Shown one piece after another: positions 26,444 through 36,427 of a DNA stretch of 64,000 nucleotides; position 1 is the first letter of the stretch; every line of letters begins with the position of its first letter. Origin of the DNA: a virus (lineage: Duplodnaviria > Heunggongvirae > Uroviricota > Caudoviricetes); the IMG/VR virus record IMGVR_UViG_3300037455_000372, positions 203,710-267,709 of that record. One strand, written 5' to 3'. The notes below the pieces were generated by a model. It was not told where the DNA came from, did no database searches, and was given only the letters and a program-made list of their open reading frames with translations. A program made the translations under genes and the position numbers.

Positions 26444-28126
26444 TTATACGCTCGCCATTTGGTTCGGCGTCCCGATTTTTGGCATATTGTACGCCTTTGC
26501 TTGTTCGTACTGGAGCTGTCCGACCGCCGCTTGTTCATCTACCGCGTCTTGGTCTTGTACGAACTCGATGGCCTTGTCCTCCTCGGACTCGTGACCCGGC
26601 ATAGAAGCGAACATAAGCTCAAGTCCGCTGAGGAACGGAATCTCGACCTGATTGCCTTGGAACCAGTTGGATGCAGCGTGATATACGGCCCAGTACAACG
26701 AGGTAACGTGGTCGTCGTGGTTTCCGCCGCCACCTCCCCAGTGCTTCTTTGTAACTTCAGTAAACGACATCAATTCTGTGATGGTAAGTTCATCGTGCAA
26801 TTTTACATAAAATCGTTGTACATAGAGCTTTAATAGCATAACCGCACTTTGTTTAATACTATCTGTCGCCCACATTCCACGGAATTTGTTGTCGTAGTTT
26901 ACGAGGTTCTCGTATTCCAAGTTTTGTTGGAATATGTAGTACGTTCGAGATCCCGGACCGTTGAATTCGATTGTCAAATCTGGGTCGTAGTAACCCTTGA
27001 GCAACTTTCTGGCCAATATACAGAAATCTTCAATAGTAACTTCGTTAGACGACAATACGCATACTTGTTCCAAGTCGGTACTGCTTCTAGCTAATAGAAT
27101 CTGAAGAACGTGATAATCTTGTCGGATACCATAACCAGAGTCAATCGCTGCGATATAGACCCAACCGTTCATTTCTAGTTTCTGCTTTGAAAGCGGTGTC
27201 TGGAAGATTCGTAGGTTATACGCTGACGGCAATCCTCTAATGGGTTTCGGCTTCGATGGGTGAAGTTTCTGCAGAATGGTAAAGTCGATAAGCGTCACCG
27301 CAGATCCGATGAAGTCGCACTCGTATTCTTGTCTGAACTTCTGTTCACCGATACGAGCCTTTTCATCGATACCCCATTGTGCGTCACGACCCGGAACCTC
27401 GTTCCATTTAACCGTAGAACGCACATATTTTGACATCAAATCGTGATAGGAAGCTTTATCTTCATCAACAGCATCTTCCCACATTTGATAGAATTTATTA
27501 AGGCCGCATGGTGTGCTGGTAATTATCACACGAGTTTTCTTACCGGACGAAATGGCTGGAAACACGGATGCACAGAATTCTTCTGCCATACCAGTACGCA
27601 AGAACGCAAATTCGTCCAAATACAGCAAGTTTGGCGAGAAACCACGAATACCGTCCGGAGAACTGGCCGCCACAAGGATACGAGTGTTGTTCGAGAACTG
27701 TATCGACATCTTGTTCCAGAGCTTCACACCGGGCTGTAACCAGTAAGGCAACGCCACATAGGAATCGCGCAGAAGCTGCAGCTGTTCCTTCGCGAGCGAA
27801 AGTTTGTTTGCAAGCATAGCGACTAGCTGGTCGCCGTGGAACATCGCGTGCCAAAGGATGAACCCTCGAACGATTGTTGATTTACCGACTTGTCGTGACC
27901 AACGGTTAATGTTGAATCGATACTTCAAGAATCGCTTGATTGCTTCGTCTTGGAAAGGCCAAGTCTTAAAGAGCTGCATACCGTTGTCTTTGGTATTGAT
28001 ATACATATACGTGTTGATAAAGTACAACGGGTCCTGAGCACACTTCTTTATTTCAGCGAGGTGTTCGGGTTTCAGCTTAACCCTTTCTTTAGCGTCTCTC
28101 AGGTTTGTAATACCGTTAAATGACAT
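26444..28126 (-). CDS. Terminase large subunit (T4 gp17-like)
   Basis: KCAQDPLYF, WPFQ, SRQVGKST (Walker A), LLYLDEFAF (Walker B), TSTP, FRQEYEC, HDDHV; TATAAACT at 28161-28168 upstream. Confidence 0.95.
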   Translation of the reverse strand: MSFNGITNLRDAKERVKLKPEHLAEIKKCAQDPLYFINTYMYINTKDNGMQLFKTWPFQDEAIKRFLKYRFNINRWSRQVGKSTIVRGFILWHAMFHGDQLVAMLANKLSLAKEQLQLLRDSYVALPYWLQPGVKLWNKMSIQFSNNTRILVAASSPDGIRGFSPNLLYLDEFAFLRTGMAEEFCASVFPAISSGKKTRVIITSTPCGLNKFYQMWEDAVDEDKASYHDLMSKYVRSTVKWNEVPGRDAQWGIDEKARIGEQKFRQEYECDFIGSAVTLIDFTILQKLHPSKPKPIRGLPSAYNLRIFQTPLSKQKLEMNGWVYIAAIDSGYGIRQDYHVLQILLARSSTDLEQVCVLSSNEVTIEDFCILARKLLKGYYDPDLTIEFNGPGSRTYYIFQQNLEYENLVNYDNKFRGMWATDSIKQSAVMLLKLYVQRFYVKLHDELTITELMSFTEVTKKHWGGGGGNHDDHVTSLYWAVYHAASNWFQGNQVEIPFLSGLELMFASMPGHESEEDKAIEFVQDQDAVDEQAAVGQLQYEQAKAYNMPKIGTPNQMASV

Positions 28127-28182
28127 TCAAATCTCTTTTTTGTATAATTGCCAACTAAGTAGTTTATAAAACGGCGGATCTA

Positions 28183-29250
28183 ATGAAATTTTGCGTTTTA
28201 ATGGCATTTTATGACAAAGGCAACAAGTTTCGCGAACGTAATTTAAGCGAAGTGGTCGACAAATACTTGACAACTGACGACTTTGATGTTATAATCGCTG
28301 AACAATATCCACAAGGATTTGCCGAGACGATTTCCAAGATGAATCCGGATAGGGTAAAGTTCGTTCCGTGCAACGAAATGAAAGGAGACCCGGAGAAGAA
28401 GGGACGGTTCTGCAAAACCGAACTGCTCAATGCCGCAGTGAAAGCATATCCTGATTATGAGTATTACGTGATGGGTGATGCTGATGCGTACCTCTCGGAC
28501 GAGTGTTTCAGCTCGTTGCGAGAGGCCGCTTCTCGCCTAGACTCTGGCGAAGCTTCGATTGTATTTCCGTTTGACGACGTTCTGTACTTGAACGAGCCTG
28601 ACACGAAACGCATCGTCTCTGGAGAAGAGCTTCTGCCCGGTACGAAGGATCACGGAGCCGAGATTTTCCGTCAAACCGGACTTTGCAACATCTTCAAGAA
28701 GTCTACTTGGGACACGGTCGGCGGTTTCGACGAGGCTTTCACTAACTGGGGAGCCGAGGACGACGCCTTCTTGACCAAGTGCAAGCGTCTGGTAGGCCAT
28801 AGCCTTAGACTTTCTGGAATCATCTACCATCTGTTCCATCCGAAGGTCGATACAGAATCGTACCGAGAATCCAAGGACTACGTGGATAACAGAAAGCGTT
28901 GCGCTTGCTTGCGCCGTATGTCGAGCGACGACTTGAAGCAGTATTGCGCTGGAAATAAGAATCTGGCCGATCTGGTGGAGAAGTACGACGCTTTGGGACG
29001 GCTTTCAATCCGTCTGCGTTGGCAGTGTACGCCTTTGTGCCTTCTTACCGTGGACACGACCATCTACGATATCGATAACGAAGGCGATATGTCGTTCACC
29101 AAGTTGCTTGACGCGGTCGCCGCTGAGGATGGCGCGTGGTACATCCCGACTTTCGTCAAGACCGCGCTAGGTGGTCTTGAAGGGATTCCGGGTCTTAGCG
29201 ACGAACAGAAACAAGAACTGAAGGACTATCTGAAAAAATGCAATTCGTAA
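28183..29250 (+). CDS. GT-A fold glycosyltransferase (GT2/GT7C galactosyltransferase-like)
   Basis: DAD motif, VGGFDEAFTNWGAEDD and YHLFH. Confidence 0.85.
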   Translation: MKFCVLMAFYDKGNKFRERNLSEVVDKYLTTDDFDVIIAEQYPQGFAETISKMNPDRVKFVPCNEMKGDPEKKGRFCKTELLNAAVKAYPDYEYYVMGDADAYLSDECFSSLREAASRLDSGEASIVFPFDDVLYLNEPDTKRIVSGEELLPGTKDHGAEIFRQTGLCNIFKKSTWDTVGGFDEAFTNWGAEDDAFLTKCKRLVGHSLRLSGIIYHLFHPKVDTESYRESKDYVDNRKRCACLRRMSSDDLKQYCAGNKNLADLVEKYDALGRLSIRLRWQCTPLCLLTVDTTIYDIDNEGDMSFTKLLDAVAAEDGAWYIPTFVKTALGGLEGIPGLSDEQKQELKDYLKKCNS

Positions 29251-29933
29251 AGGATATCGGAACCGAGGACGGTTTTTCGAAGTACAACCGACTTGCTAGA
29301 GACGTTGCAGCCGTGTGTCGAGACACACGGTTCTCTTGTCACGAGAACCCCGATGTCGCCGTGTGGCAGCTTGGGGACGGAATGGCAATCGCCGACCGCT
29401 TCTTCAAGAAGCCAATCGTCCTCGTACACGACTGGTACGCCCATTACGAGCAGTACCTAGATTTGGCTGGCAAGATTGTCTTCTTGGGCAATTTCGACCA
29501 CCCAAGGTACCCGCGGTCGTTTACTCTGTCGAGCTTCCCGTACGATGCCGAGAAAAGGCTTCCTAGCGACGGCATAGACGTGCTTGTGGAAGGCGTTTTT
29601 GACGGCTCCTCTATGGACTGGGTGCTCGAACGGTGCGAAGGAAAGCGTGTCCGTATGGCGTGTTTCTCCAACGATGACCCGGATTGCGACGATGCCCAGA
29701 CCGAGCTTGAAAAGCGTCTTGGGGAGGTTTCCAAGTACCTAGAGGTCAAGCGGAGGGTCTATGAGCTGGTTCTGACCACCTATATCCGTTCGGCACCCCT
29801 GACTCTCCATTGCGGGTCCGGAAATAGGGGTTTTTTGCACTGTGTGACCGTGTCATACAATGGACAGACACAAAAACGTGACGACAATTACACTGTTTCA
29901 ACATTAAACGATTTGCTCAGGGTATTGCGCTAG
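29238..29933 (+). CDS. Hypothetical protein, possibly glycosyltransferase related
   Basis: 231-aa ORF overlapping the glycosyltransferase gene; IVLVHD strand. Confidence 0.65.
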   Translation: MQFVKDIGTEDGFSKYNRLARDVAAVCRDTRFSCHENPDVAVWQLGDGMAIADRFFKKPIVLVHDWYAHYEQYLDLAGKIVFLGNFDHPRYPRSFTLSSFPYDAEKRLPSDGIDVLVEGVFDGSSMDWVLERCEGKRVRMACFSNDDPDCDDAQTELEKRLGEVSKYLEVKRRVYELVLTTYIRSAPLTLHCGSGNRGFLHCVTVSYNGQTQKRDDNYTVSTLNDLLRVLR

Positions 29934-29953
29934 GCATAGTAAAATGCTATAAT
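29925..29953 (+). promoter_or_regulatory. Sigma70-type promoter
   Basis: TTGCGC-N17-TATAAT with a TG extension. Confidence 0.7.
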
Positions 29954-29977
29954 TTTCTTGTTTTTTGAGGAATTTAG

Positions 29978-30163
29978 ATGAAAAACATACATTCTACGAT
30001 TATTTATTGGAGTAAGGTGGTACTGTTTTCGGTATTCATCTGCAACGTACTCCGCGTTTGCATCCGCACTTGGAAATATGGCGGATCAAAGACTAAGGTG
30101 GATGTCAGCTATGACGGCGACGAAGAATTGAACCCGATGGATGACAGCATAGGTGGTGTATAA
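29978..30163 (+). CDS. Small putative membrane protein
   Basis: GAGGA RBS, hydrophobic stretch, TAATG coupling to the ATPase gene. Confidence 0.6.
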   Translation: MKNIHSTIIYWSKVVLFSVFICNVLRVCIRTWKYGGSKTKVDVSYDGDEELNPMDDSIGGV

Positions 30164-31806
30164 TGGCAAATAGTAATGAGTATGTGGAAGAGCCGCAAGA
30201 AGGCGGCAATGTCGGTTCCAAGATTATCAGGAACCTTGGCGATATGCTCTTGCATATCAGCATCGATACGGATATGTGGGTCGGTCGTTCGGCGAAGGAA
30301 AAGTTCCGCTATCTGAAGAACCAGCTCAACGGCGTTAACGGTTCGAAAATCTTAAATGTCGGCTCGCAGCTTCTCGAAAGTATTATCGTTACGGCAAAGG
30401 CGTCTACCAACAATCCGATCATCCGGAAGTATGCTGACTTGGCGGAGACCGCTTTGAATTTGGGAAAGGCAAGTATGGTTATCAATAACTTGTTTGTTGC
30501 CCAGAAGTACGAAGTGCATACTGATTACGACGAACTGGCCAAGTTTATGGGCTACAAGAATGGACGCTCGATTCACGTAAGCCAGATTGACGCTACCGCC
30601 GATATCTGCAAGGCTCTTGTCGAGATGACCAAGGACCAGCAAGAAAAGTGCGGCTTGAAAATCAACAAGATGTTTACTCCCAAGAACGATACGCCGAGCA
30701 CCAGTAATTCTCGGCTGGTTTGTACCTATATCTTGGCGAAATACAAGAACACCTCCATTGGCTTTGAAGTCAACTATATGCAGCACAAGAGCGCGAATAT
30801 GGACGCTACCGCCAATTCGCAGTTCAGCTACATCAACATCGGCGTGTTCAATGGCGACCTCTTTAACAATTCCGAAGTTGACGACGAACCAGACGATCTT
30901 GATATCTTGAGCGAAGTGGAGAACATCATCTACTCGAACTATATCAAGACTATCGATATCTCGAAGCACATCATCAAGATTGACGGCACGACTATCCATA
31001 CGGCTCGCCGCGAGAACATCAATTTCGATATCAAGAATATCGACTTGAACACTATGGCGAAGACTTGTCGTTCCGTTCTGAACGCTCACCGTCGCCGTGG
31101 CTATATCTTGCAGGGCGACCCCGGTACTGGCAAGACCGTGTCTATTCACAAGCTCATTATGCAGTTCACCGACACGCCGGTATTCTGGATTTCGTCTGAC
31201 GCGATTAGCGATACGAAGAAGATGCGCTCCGTGTTCCGCATTCTGAATATGTTCCCCGGTTCCATCTTCGTGTTCGACGATATCGACGGTAACGATTTCA
31301 GCGGTAAGACCAACTTGACCACGACCTTCATTACTTGTATCGACGAAACCAACTCGAAGAAGTTCAGCGGTATCATCATTATGACCATCAACGAGCCGCA
31401 GAGAGTCCACGCGACAATCAAGACTCGTAACGGTCGTATCGACGAGGTTATTCACGTCCATAACCCCAGCACGGTTGAACAGGTGTTCGATGTTATTACA
31501 CAGCGTTATATCCATCTTGGTGTTGAAAAACCGGATTGGATGAGGATGGAAAACAAGGAATTCGTCGATGGTATGGAAAGAATCGTGAAATCGAACTTCA
31601 CTCACGCACACGTCGCCGGTATTATCAGCGACTTGGTAGACTTGTTCGACAAGGACGACTGTAACTGTGCTGCGTTCAATTCTTTGATTGACCGTCGTAT
31701 CGAAAGTATCAAGAACGCATCTATGGTGGCTGACGCCTCCGGACATATCGAATCGGCTGGCCCGACTATGAGTGTCCACGTTTCGTCGACCAACGTCACC
31801 CACTAG
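30163..31806 (+). CDS. AAA+ ATPase
   Basis: GYILQGDPGTGKT, FVFDDID, MTIN and RNGRID (Arg finger). Confidence 0.9.
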   Translation: MANSNEYVEEPQEGGNVGSKIIRNLGDMLLHISIDTDMWVGRSAKEKFRYLKNQLNGVNGSKILNVGSQLLESIIVTAKASTNNPIIRKYADLAETALNLGKASMVINNLFVAQKYEVHTDYDELAKFMGYKNGRSIHVSQIDATADICKALVEMTKDQQEKCGLKINKMFTPKNDTPSTSNSRLVCTYILAKYKNTSIGFEVNYMQHKSANMDATANSQFSYINIGVFNGDLFNNSEVDDEPDDLDILSEVENIIYSNYIKTIDISKHIIKIDGTTIHTARRENINFDIKNIDLNTMAKTCRSVLNAHRRRGYILQGDPGTGKTVSIHKLIMQFTDTPVFWISSDAISDTKKMRSVFRILNMFPGSIFVFDDIDGNDFSGKTNLTTTFITCIDETNSKKFSGIIIMTINEPQRVHATIKTRNGRIDEVIHVHNPSTVEQVFDVITQRYIHLGVEKPDWMRMENKEFVDGMERIVKSNFTHAHVAGIISDLVDLFDKDDCNCAAFNSLIDRRIESIKNASMVADASGHIESAGPTMSVHVSSTNVTH

Positions 31807-31850
31807 ATATAGATACATATCAACAACTTATCAACAATATGTTGTAGAAG

Positions 31851-31873
31851 AGGCCGGGTAAACCGGCCTTTTT
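31851..31873 (+). terminator. Intrinsic terminator
   Basis: AGGCCGG-gtaaa-CCGGCCT followed by a T run. Confidence 0.8.
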
Positions 31874-31957
31874 GGTTTGCAATTCAACCTTAACATTGCT
31901 AAACTACCGATTACCCAAAAGAGATAATTTAACCGCTGAAGAAGCAAAAGAGATGCT

Positions 31958-34534
31958 ATGCTAATTTCTGTAATTAAGCGAGACTACCGCAAAAGACCAT
32001 TTGACACCAAACACATTTATGACGCCATTGAAGCCGCGTTTAAGGACTGCAAGGAGTCATATACCAATGAACAGCTTGACGGACTAGTAGGGTCGGTCGT
32101 AGATGAATTGAGTGCGGGTGGCAAGAAATCCGCTAACGTGGAAACCATCCAAGATACCATCGAAAACGTCTTGATGAACAACGGTATGAACGCCGTCGCC
32201 AAGGCATTTATCGAATACCGCCAGAACCGCGCTCGGATTCGTGAAAACCAGAGCGGAATTTATGCGATTATCCGCCGACTCAAACACGATAAATTGTCTA
32301 GCTGCAACATCTTGCGCGATAACGCAAATGAATCTGGCGTTACCCCGGCTGGTATGTACGGTAAGATTGCCAGTGAAATGAACAAGATGTACAACTGCTT
32401 GAACACGATTTCCGAGAAGTACGTTAACGAGCACGCCAATGGTCAGATTCATATTCACGACCAGAACTTTTATGACCTCTCCTTTAACTGCTTGTTTGCC
32501 CCGGTGGGTAAGTTACTACGAGAAGGATTTGATTCTGGTACAGGGTTCTTGAGAAAGGCTAATTCGATCCAATCCGCCGCCGCATTGACCGCTGTTATTT
32601 TGCAGCTGCAGTCTAACCAGCAGTATGGCGGTATCGCGTGCGACAATATCGACTTTGACTTGGCTCCGTTTGTTGATATTTCGTTCCGAAAGAATTTGGG
32701 TCGTGAAATGAATGGGCTTGCGGTTTGCTCTAAGAACCCGGAATATGCAGAATACCTTGCACTGCCGACCGAGAAGAAGATTGACGATACGATTGCCCGT
32801 ATTGCAAAAACGCTCCAATCGCGTGGCGTAACGATGGATAGTCCTAGAGAGTTATTGTACTCCCAGTTCCCTATCGAACAAGTTGACCGTGCCATCGAAT
32901 TTACGGATAGTAATACCCACCAAGCGATGGAAGCACTGGTTCACAACTTGAATTCGTTGCAATCAAGGTCTGGTAACCAAGTACCGTTCTCTTCTTTGAA
33001 TTTCGGTATTGATACTTCCAATTGCGGTCGAATGCTCAGTAAGAACCTTATGCGTGCTCAGTACGAAGGTATGGGCGACGGTCTTACGGCCATCTTCCCC
33101 ATTTTGATTTTTAAGCTTATGAAGGGGTTCTCCAAGCTTACGACTGATCCTAATTACGACTTGTATTTGCAAGCGGTTGAATGCTTGGCCCGTCGTTTCT
33201 ACCCGAATTTTGTAAAGGTCGACTCCAAGTTTAACCTTCCGTATGTGAAGTATGACACCGTTGAACTTGATTTTAAGGATGGACAGCGGATTTCTCACCG
33301 TGGGTGTGATGATTCTATTACAGTGACAGCCGACACGGACATCGAAACTGCTAAAGGTGAATATCCGATTTATTCTGTAAATCTTGGCGTTGGCAGTAAC
33401 TGGGATATCGTGTCTTGTAAGGGGTTCCACGCAAAGCTCCGTCGAATTGTTCCTAACACTACCGTGGCAACGATGGGATGTCGTACCCGCGTTATTGGTA
33501 ATGTGAACGGTGTTCAGCAGACGACTGGACGTGGAAATTTCGCTTTCCACACGATTAACCTTCCGCGTCTGGCCATTGAAGCTCATATCGAGTCCACCAA
33601 CGTCGAAACCCGCAAAAATTTGTTCTTTAGCAAGCTTGACGCTATGCTTGAAGATGCCAAGGGAAGCCTTCTCGAACGCTTTAAACTGATTTGCGAGAAA
33701 ACGTATGAGAATTTCCCCTTTACTATGCAGCAAGGCGTATATTTGACTTCCGACGATAAGCCGCATAAGCTCACCGACAAGATTGCCGAGGTTATGAAGC
33801 AGTCTACGCTGAGCATTGGTTATGTTGGTATTGCCGAAACAATTCGCGTTATTACTGGCAAGACGTATGGCGTTGACCACGAAGAGGATGAGTTTGCACT
33901 ATCCATTGTCAAGCGCATTCGTGACTTTTGTGACCAGACTCAGGCTGAAACACACTTGAACTGGAGCTGTTTTGCAACACCGGCTGAAGCTGTTGCCGGT
34001 CGTTTTGCAACAATCGATAAGAATAAGTTCTCCAAGGAAGTAACCGACGAGAATGGTCATACGATGTTGGTTGCAAAGAACAAGAAACTTGCTGATGTGG
34101 ATTTGCATAGACTGTTTGGTAAGGGTTACTATACCAACAGCCATATGATGGATTTCTCGCTCGAAACGTCTCTTGAAAACAAGATTAAGACCGAGGCTCC
34201 TTTCCACGCTTTGACGAATGCTGGCCACATCTTCTACTTCAAGATGAATGGCGACTTGACTAAGAATGTCGAGGCGGTAAAGGCTACCATTGATGCAATG
34301 TATGACGGCGACTTGGGCTATTTCACCGTGACAATGGATTCGGACGACTGCTTGGAATGCGGATTCCACGGCATTATCAATAATGAATGCCCGAAATGCC
34401 ATTGTAATGATGAAGATAAGTTTGTTCGGGTGAGACGTATTACTGGATATTTGACTGGGTCGCCGAGAAAGACGATCAAGAAGTCTTGGGGTGATGGAAA
34501 GCTGGCCGAGCTGGAAGACCGTCACAATATCTAA
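31958..34534 (+). CDS. nrdD: Anaerobic ribonucleoside-triphosphate reductase with ATP cone
   Basis: VIKRD ATP cone, HIHD, MGCRT, TPAE, YYTNS, CxxC..CxxC and the glycyl-radical loop RRITGYL. Confidence 0.97.
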   Translation: MLISVIKRDYRKRPFDTKHIYDAIEAAFKDCKESYTNEQLDGLVGSVVDELSAGGKKSANVETIQDTIENVLMNNGMNAVAKAFIEYRQNRARIRENQSGIYAIIRRLKHDKLSSCNILRDNANESGVTPAGMYGKIASEMNKMYNCLNTISEKYVNEHANGQIHIHDQNFYDLSFNCLFAPVGKLLREGFDSGTGFLRKANSIQSAAALTAVILQLQSNQQYGGIACDNIDFDLAPFVDISFRKNLGREMNGLAVCSKNPEYAEYLALPTEKKIDDTIARIAKTLQSRGVTMDSPRELLYSQFPIEQVDRAIEFTDSNTHQAMEALVHNLNSLQSRSGNQVPFSSLNFGIDTSNCGRMLSKNLMRAQYEGMGDGLTAIFPILIFKLMKGFSKLTTDPNYDLYLQAVECLARRFYPNFVKVDSKFNLPYVKYDTVELDFKDGQRISHRGCDDSITVTADTDIETAKGEYPIYSVNLGVGSNWDIVSCKGFHAKLRRIVPNTTVATMGCRTRVIGNVNGVQQTTGRGNFAFHTINLPRLAIEAHIESTNVETRKNLFFSKLDAMLEDAKGSLLERFKLICEKTYENFPFTMQQGVYLTSDDKPHKLTDKIAEVMKQSTLSIGYVGIAETIRVITGKTYGVDHEEDEFALSIVKRIRDFCDQTQAETHLNWSCFATPAEAVAGRFATIDKNKFSKEVTDENGHTMLVAKNKKLADVDLHRLFGKGYYTNSHMMDFSLETSLENKIKTEAPFHALTNAGHIFYFKMNGDLTKNVEAVKATIDAMYDGDLGYFTVTMDSDDCLECGFHGIINNECPKCHCNDEDKFVRVRRITGYLTGSPRKTIKKSWGDGKLAELEDRHNI

Positions 34535-34571
34535 ACTAGTGAACACCGCCAAGTACATTTAAAGGTCAATA

Positions 34572-34698
34572 TATAAACTTCCTTTAGAATACTTGGTGGA
34601 ACTCGTATTCAAATATAAGTTTCGGATACCCTTGGTATACGCAGAGTTCCACAATATTGCTATACCGAGGGTATCTTTTTAGGTATCTTATGGAACTC
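34572..34698 (+). promoter_or_regulatory. TATAAACT promoter and structured 5' leader of the endonuclease gene
   Basis: Motif at 34572-34579; 15-bp hairpin 34625-34675; loop GAGTTCCAC is complementary to 34596-34604 and to 34691-34698. Confidence 0.6.
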
Positions 34699-35739
34699 AA
34701 GATATTAGAAACTGACGAAGACTTTAACCAATTTGTGATGGTTAAAGGTGTATGTAATCGAACAAAGTGTGTATTTAAGTGTCGAGTGTGTGGAAACATA
34801 GATACTAAATCGGTTGCCGCGATGCGGCACTACCCATTTAAATGCAAATCGTGTACGCTAAAAGAGTCTCACAAAGGTGATGAATATATACAGAAGCTTC
34901 ATAAAACCAAGCTTGAAAAGTACGGAGACCCGTTATACATCAATACTGCTAAGATTCGAGCCGTGTTAAACGAAAGGTATGGCGGTTCGCCATTAAATGA
35001 CCCTGAAATTAAAGAAAAATATATCAAAACTATGATGGCAAAGTACGGTTGCGAACATCCTAGTCAAATGAATGACTATGTTGAAAAGTGTAAATCTACT
35101 CGATTAAAGAATTTCGGTGATGAAAATTTTAATAACCGCGAAAAATCTAGGCAAACTTGTTTAGCTGTCTATGGGGTGGAACACGCTATTCAGAACGCCG
35201 AGGTTATTCAGAAGTCGAAAAGTACGAAGACTATGCTTTATGGCGACCCAACTTTTAATAATCACGAAAAAACGATTAGAACAAATATGGAACGATATGG
35301 GGTTCCCGCAACTATGCAAGTCAAAGAATTTTCGGACAAAACACATTCCAAATATATCTATAATGGAATGTTATTTGATAGCACTAATGAAATTGCTTAC
35401 TATATTTGGTTAGTTGATAACGGACACACGGTCGAATATCAACCAGCCGTTGAGTTTGACTATCAATATGACGGCAGTCTGCATAAATACTATCCAGATT
35501 TTATGGTTGATGGCCAATTAGTAGAGATCAAGGGGTTACAGTTCTTTGAAAATAAGGATGCGTCAAGTAAGATGATAAATCCGTATGACCGCCGTATGGA
35601 CGGCTTATATGAAGCTAAACACCAGTGTATGGTTGCCCATAACGTCAAAATCGTAACTGATTGTAAAGCGGCAATCAAATATGTCTCTAGCAAATATGGT
35701 CCAAAATTTCTAAGTTCTTGCAAGAATAAGAGGAAATAG
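34690..35739 (+). CDS. Free-standing homing-endonuclease-like protein (Zn ribbon, KYG repeats, PD-(D/E)XK nuclease)
   Basis: Two CxxC motifs, repeated K..T...(K/R)YG units, FDSTNE..YYPDF..VEIKG; AT-richer than its flanks. Confidence 0.75.
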   Translation: MELKILETDEDFNQFVMVKGVCNRTKCVFKCRVCGNIDTKSVAAMRHYPFKCKSCTLKESHKGDEYIQKLHKTKLEKYGDPLYINTAKIRAVLNERYGGSPLNDPEIKEKYIKTMMAKYGCEHPSQMNDYVEKCKSTRLKNFGDENFNNREKSRQTCLAVYGVEHAIQNAEVIQKSKSTKTMLYGDPTFNNHEKTIRTNMERYGVPATMQVKEFSDKTHSKYIYNGMLFDSTNEIAYYIWLVDNGHTVEYQPAVEFDYQYDGSLHKYYPDFMVDGQLVEIKGLQFFENKDASSKMINPYDRRMDGLYEAKHQCMVAHNVKIVTDCKAAIKYVSSKYGPKFLSSCKNKRK

Positions 35740-35740
35740 T

Positions 35741-36241
35741 ATGAATTATGGCAACATTTACTATATGTCCATCGTAGACGGCCCCGGAAACCGCGTATCG
35801 CTGTATGTAAGCGGTTGTAGAAACCATTGTCAAGGATGTTTTAACGAGGAAACTTGGAACTTCAATTATGGAAAGCCGTTTACTGAAATTGAGGTAAACG
35901 AGATTATCGAAGCGTGTAAGAAGTCCTATATTTCTGGTTTGTCGATTCTAGGCGGTGACCCGTTCGAGCCGGAGAACCAAGCTGGGTTGGTTGGTTTAAT
36001 CAGTCGTTTCAAAAACGAATGCCCGGATAAGACATTATGGATGTATACTGGGTATATTTATGAGCAAGACTTGAAACCGGGACAGAGAAACCACATAGAT
36101 GGGGTTACAAGCCAAATTCTTGACGCGGTGGACGTGTTAGTGGATGGTCCGTTTATTCAAGCCCAGAGAGACCTAGATTTGCAATTTAGGGGTAGCCGTA
36201 ACCAGAGACTACTGAGTAAGGCGGATCGAGTCGGGTTATAA
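35741..36241 (+). CDS. nrdG: Anaerobic RNR activase (radical SAM)
   Basis: DGPGNR..GCRNHCQGCFN, LGGDP, VDVLVDG and FRGSRNQR. Confidence 0.97.
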   Translation: MNYGNIYYMSIVDGPGNRVSLYVSGCRNHCQGCFNEETWNFNYGKPFTEIEVNEIIEACKKSYISGLSILGGDPFEPENQAGLVGLISRFKNECPDKTLWMYTGYIYEQDLKPGQRNHIDGVTSQILDAVDVLVDGPFIQAQRDLDLQFRGSRNQRLLSKADRVGL

Positions 36242-36245
36242 CAAG

Positions 36246-36270
36246 AAAGGCGGCACAAAGCCGCCTTTTT
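36246..36270. terminator. Bidirectional terminator
   Basis: AAAGGCGGC-acaaa-GCCGCCTTT. Confidence 0.8.
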
Positions 36271-36418
36271 ATATTTGTACTTGTGGAAATTTCCGTCGGA
36301 TTAGTTCAAGTGTCGCTGGTTTTGGCGGATCCTTGCTGTTAAGCTCGTCTATAACAGTCCAGACGCCTTTATAGCAGTATGTGGAGATTCCGCTGGATAT
36401 GTATTCGCGTTTGCTCAT
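36269..36418 (-). CDS. Small hypothetical protein (49 aa, not in the ORF track)
   Basis: MSKREYISSGISTYCYKGVWTVIDELNSKDPPKPATLELIRRKFPQVQI*; AGGA RBS; fills the gap to the terminator. Confidence 0.55.
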   Translation of the reverse strand: MSKREYISSGISTYCYKGVWTVIDELNSKDPPKPATLELIRRKFPQVQI

Positions 36419-36427
36419 AGGAGCATC

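Noticed and set aside
26444-34534. Intein or group I intron in the terminase or nrdD
   Set aside because: Both frames are continuous with all motifs present; the NrdD insertion lacks intein splice residues, and the endonuclease lies outside nrdD.
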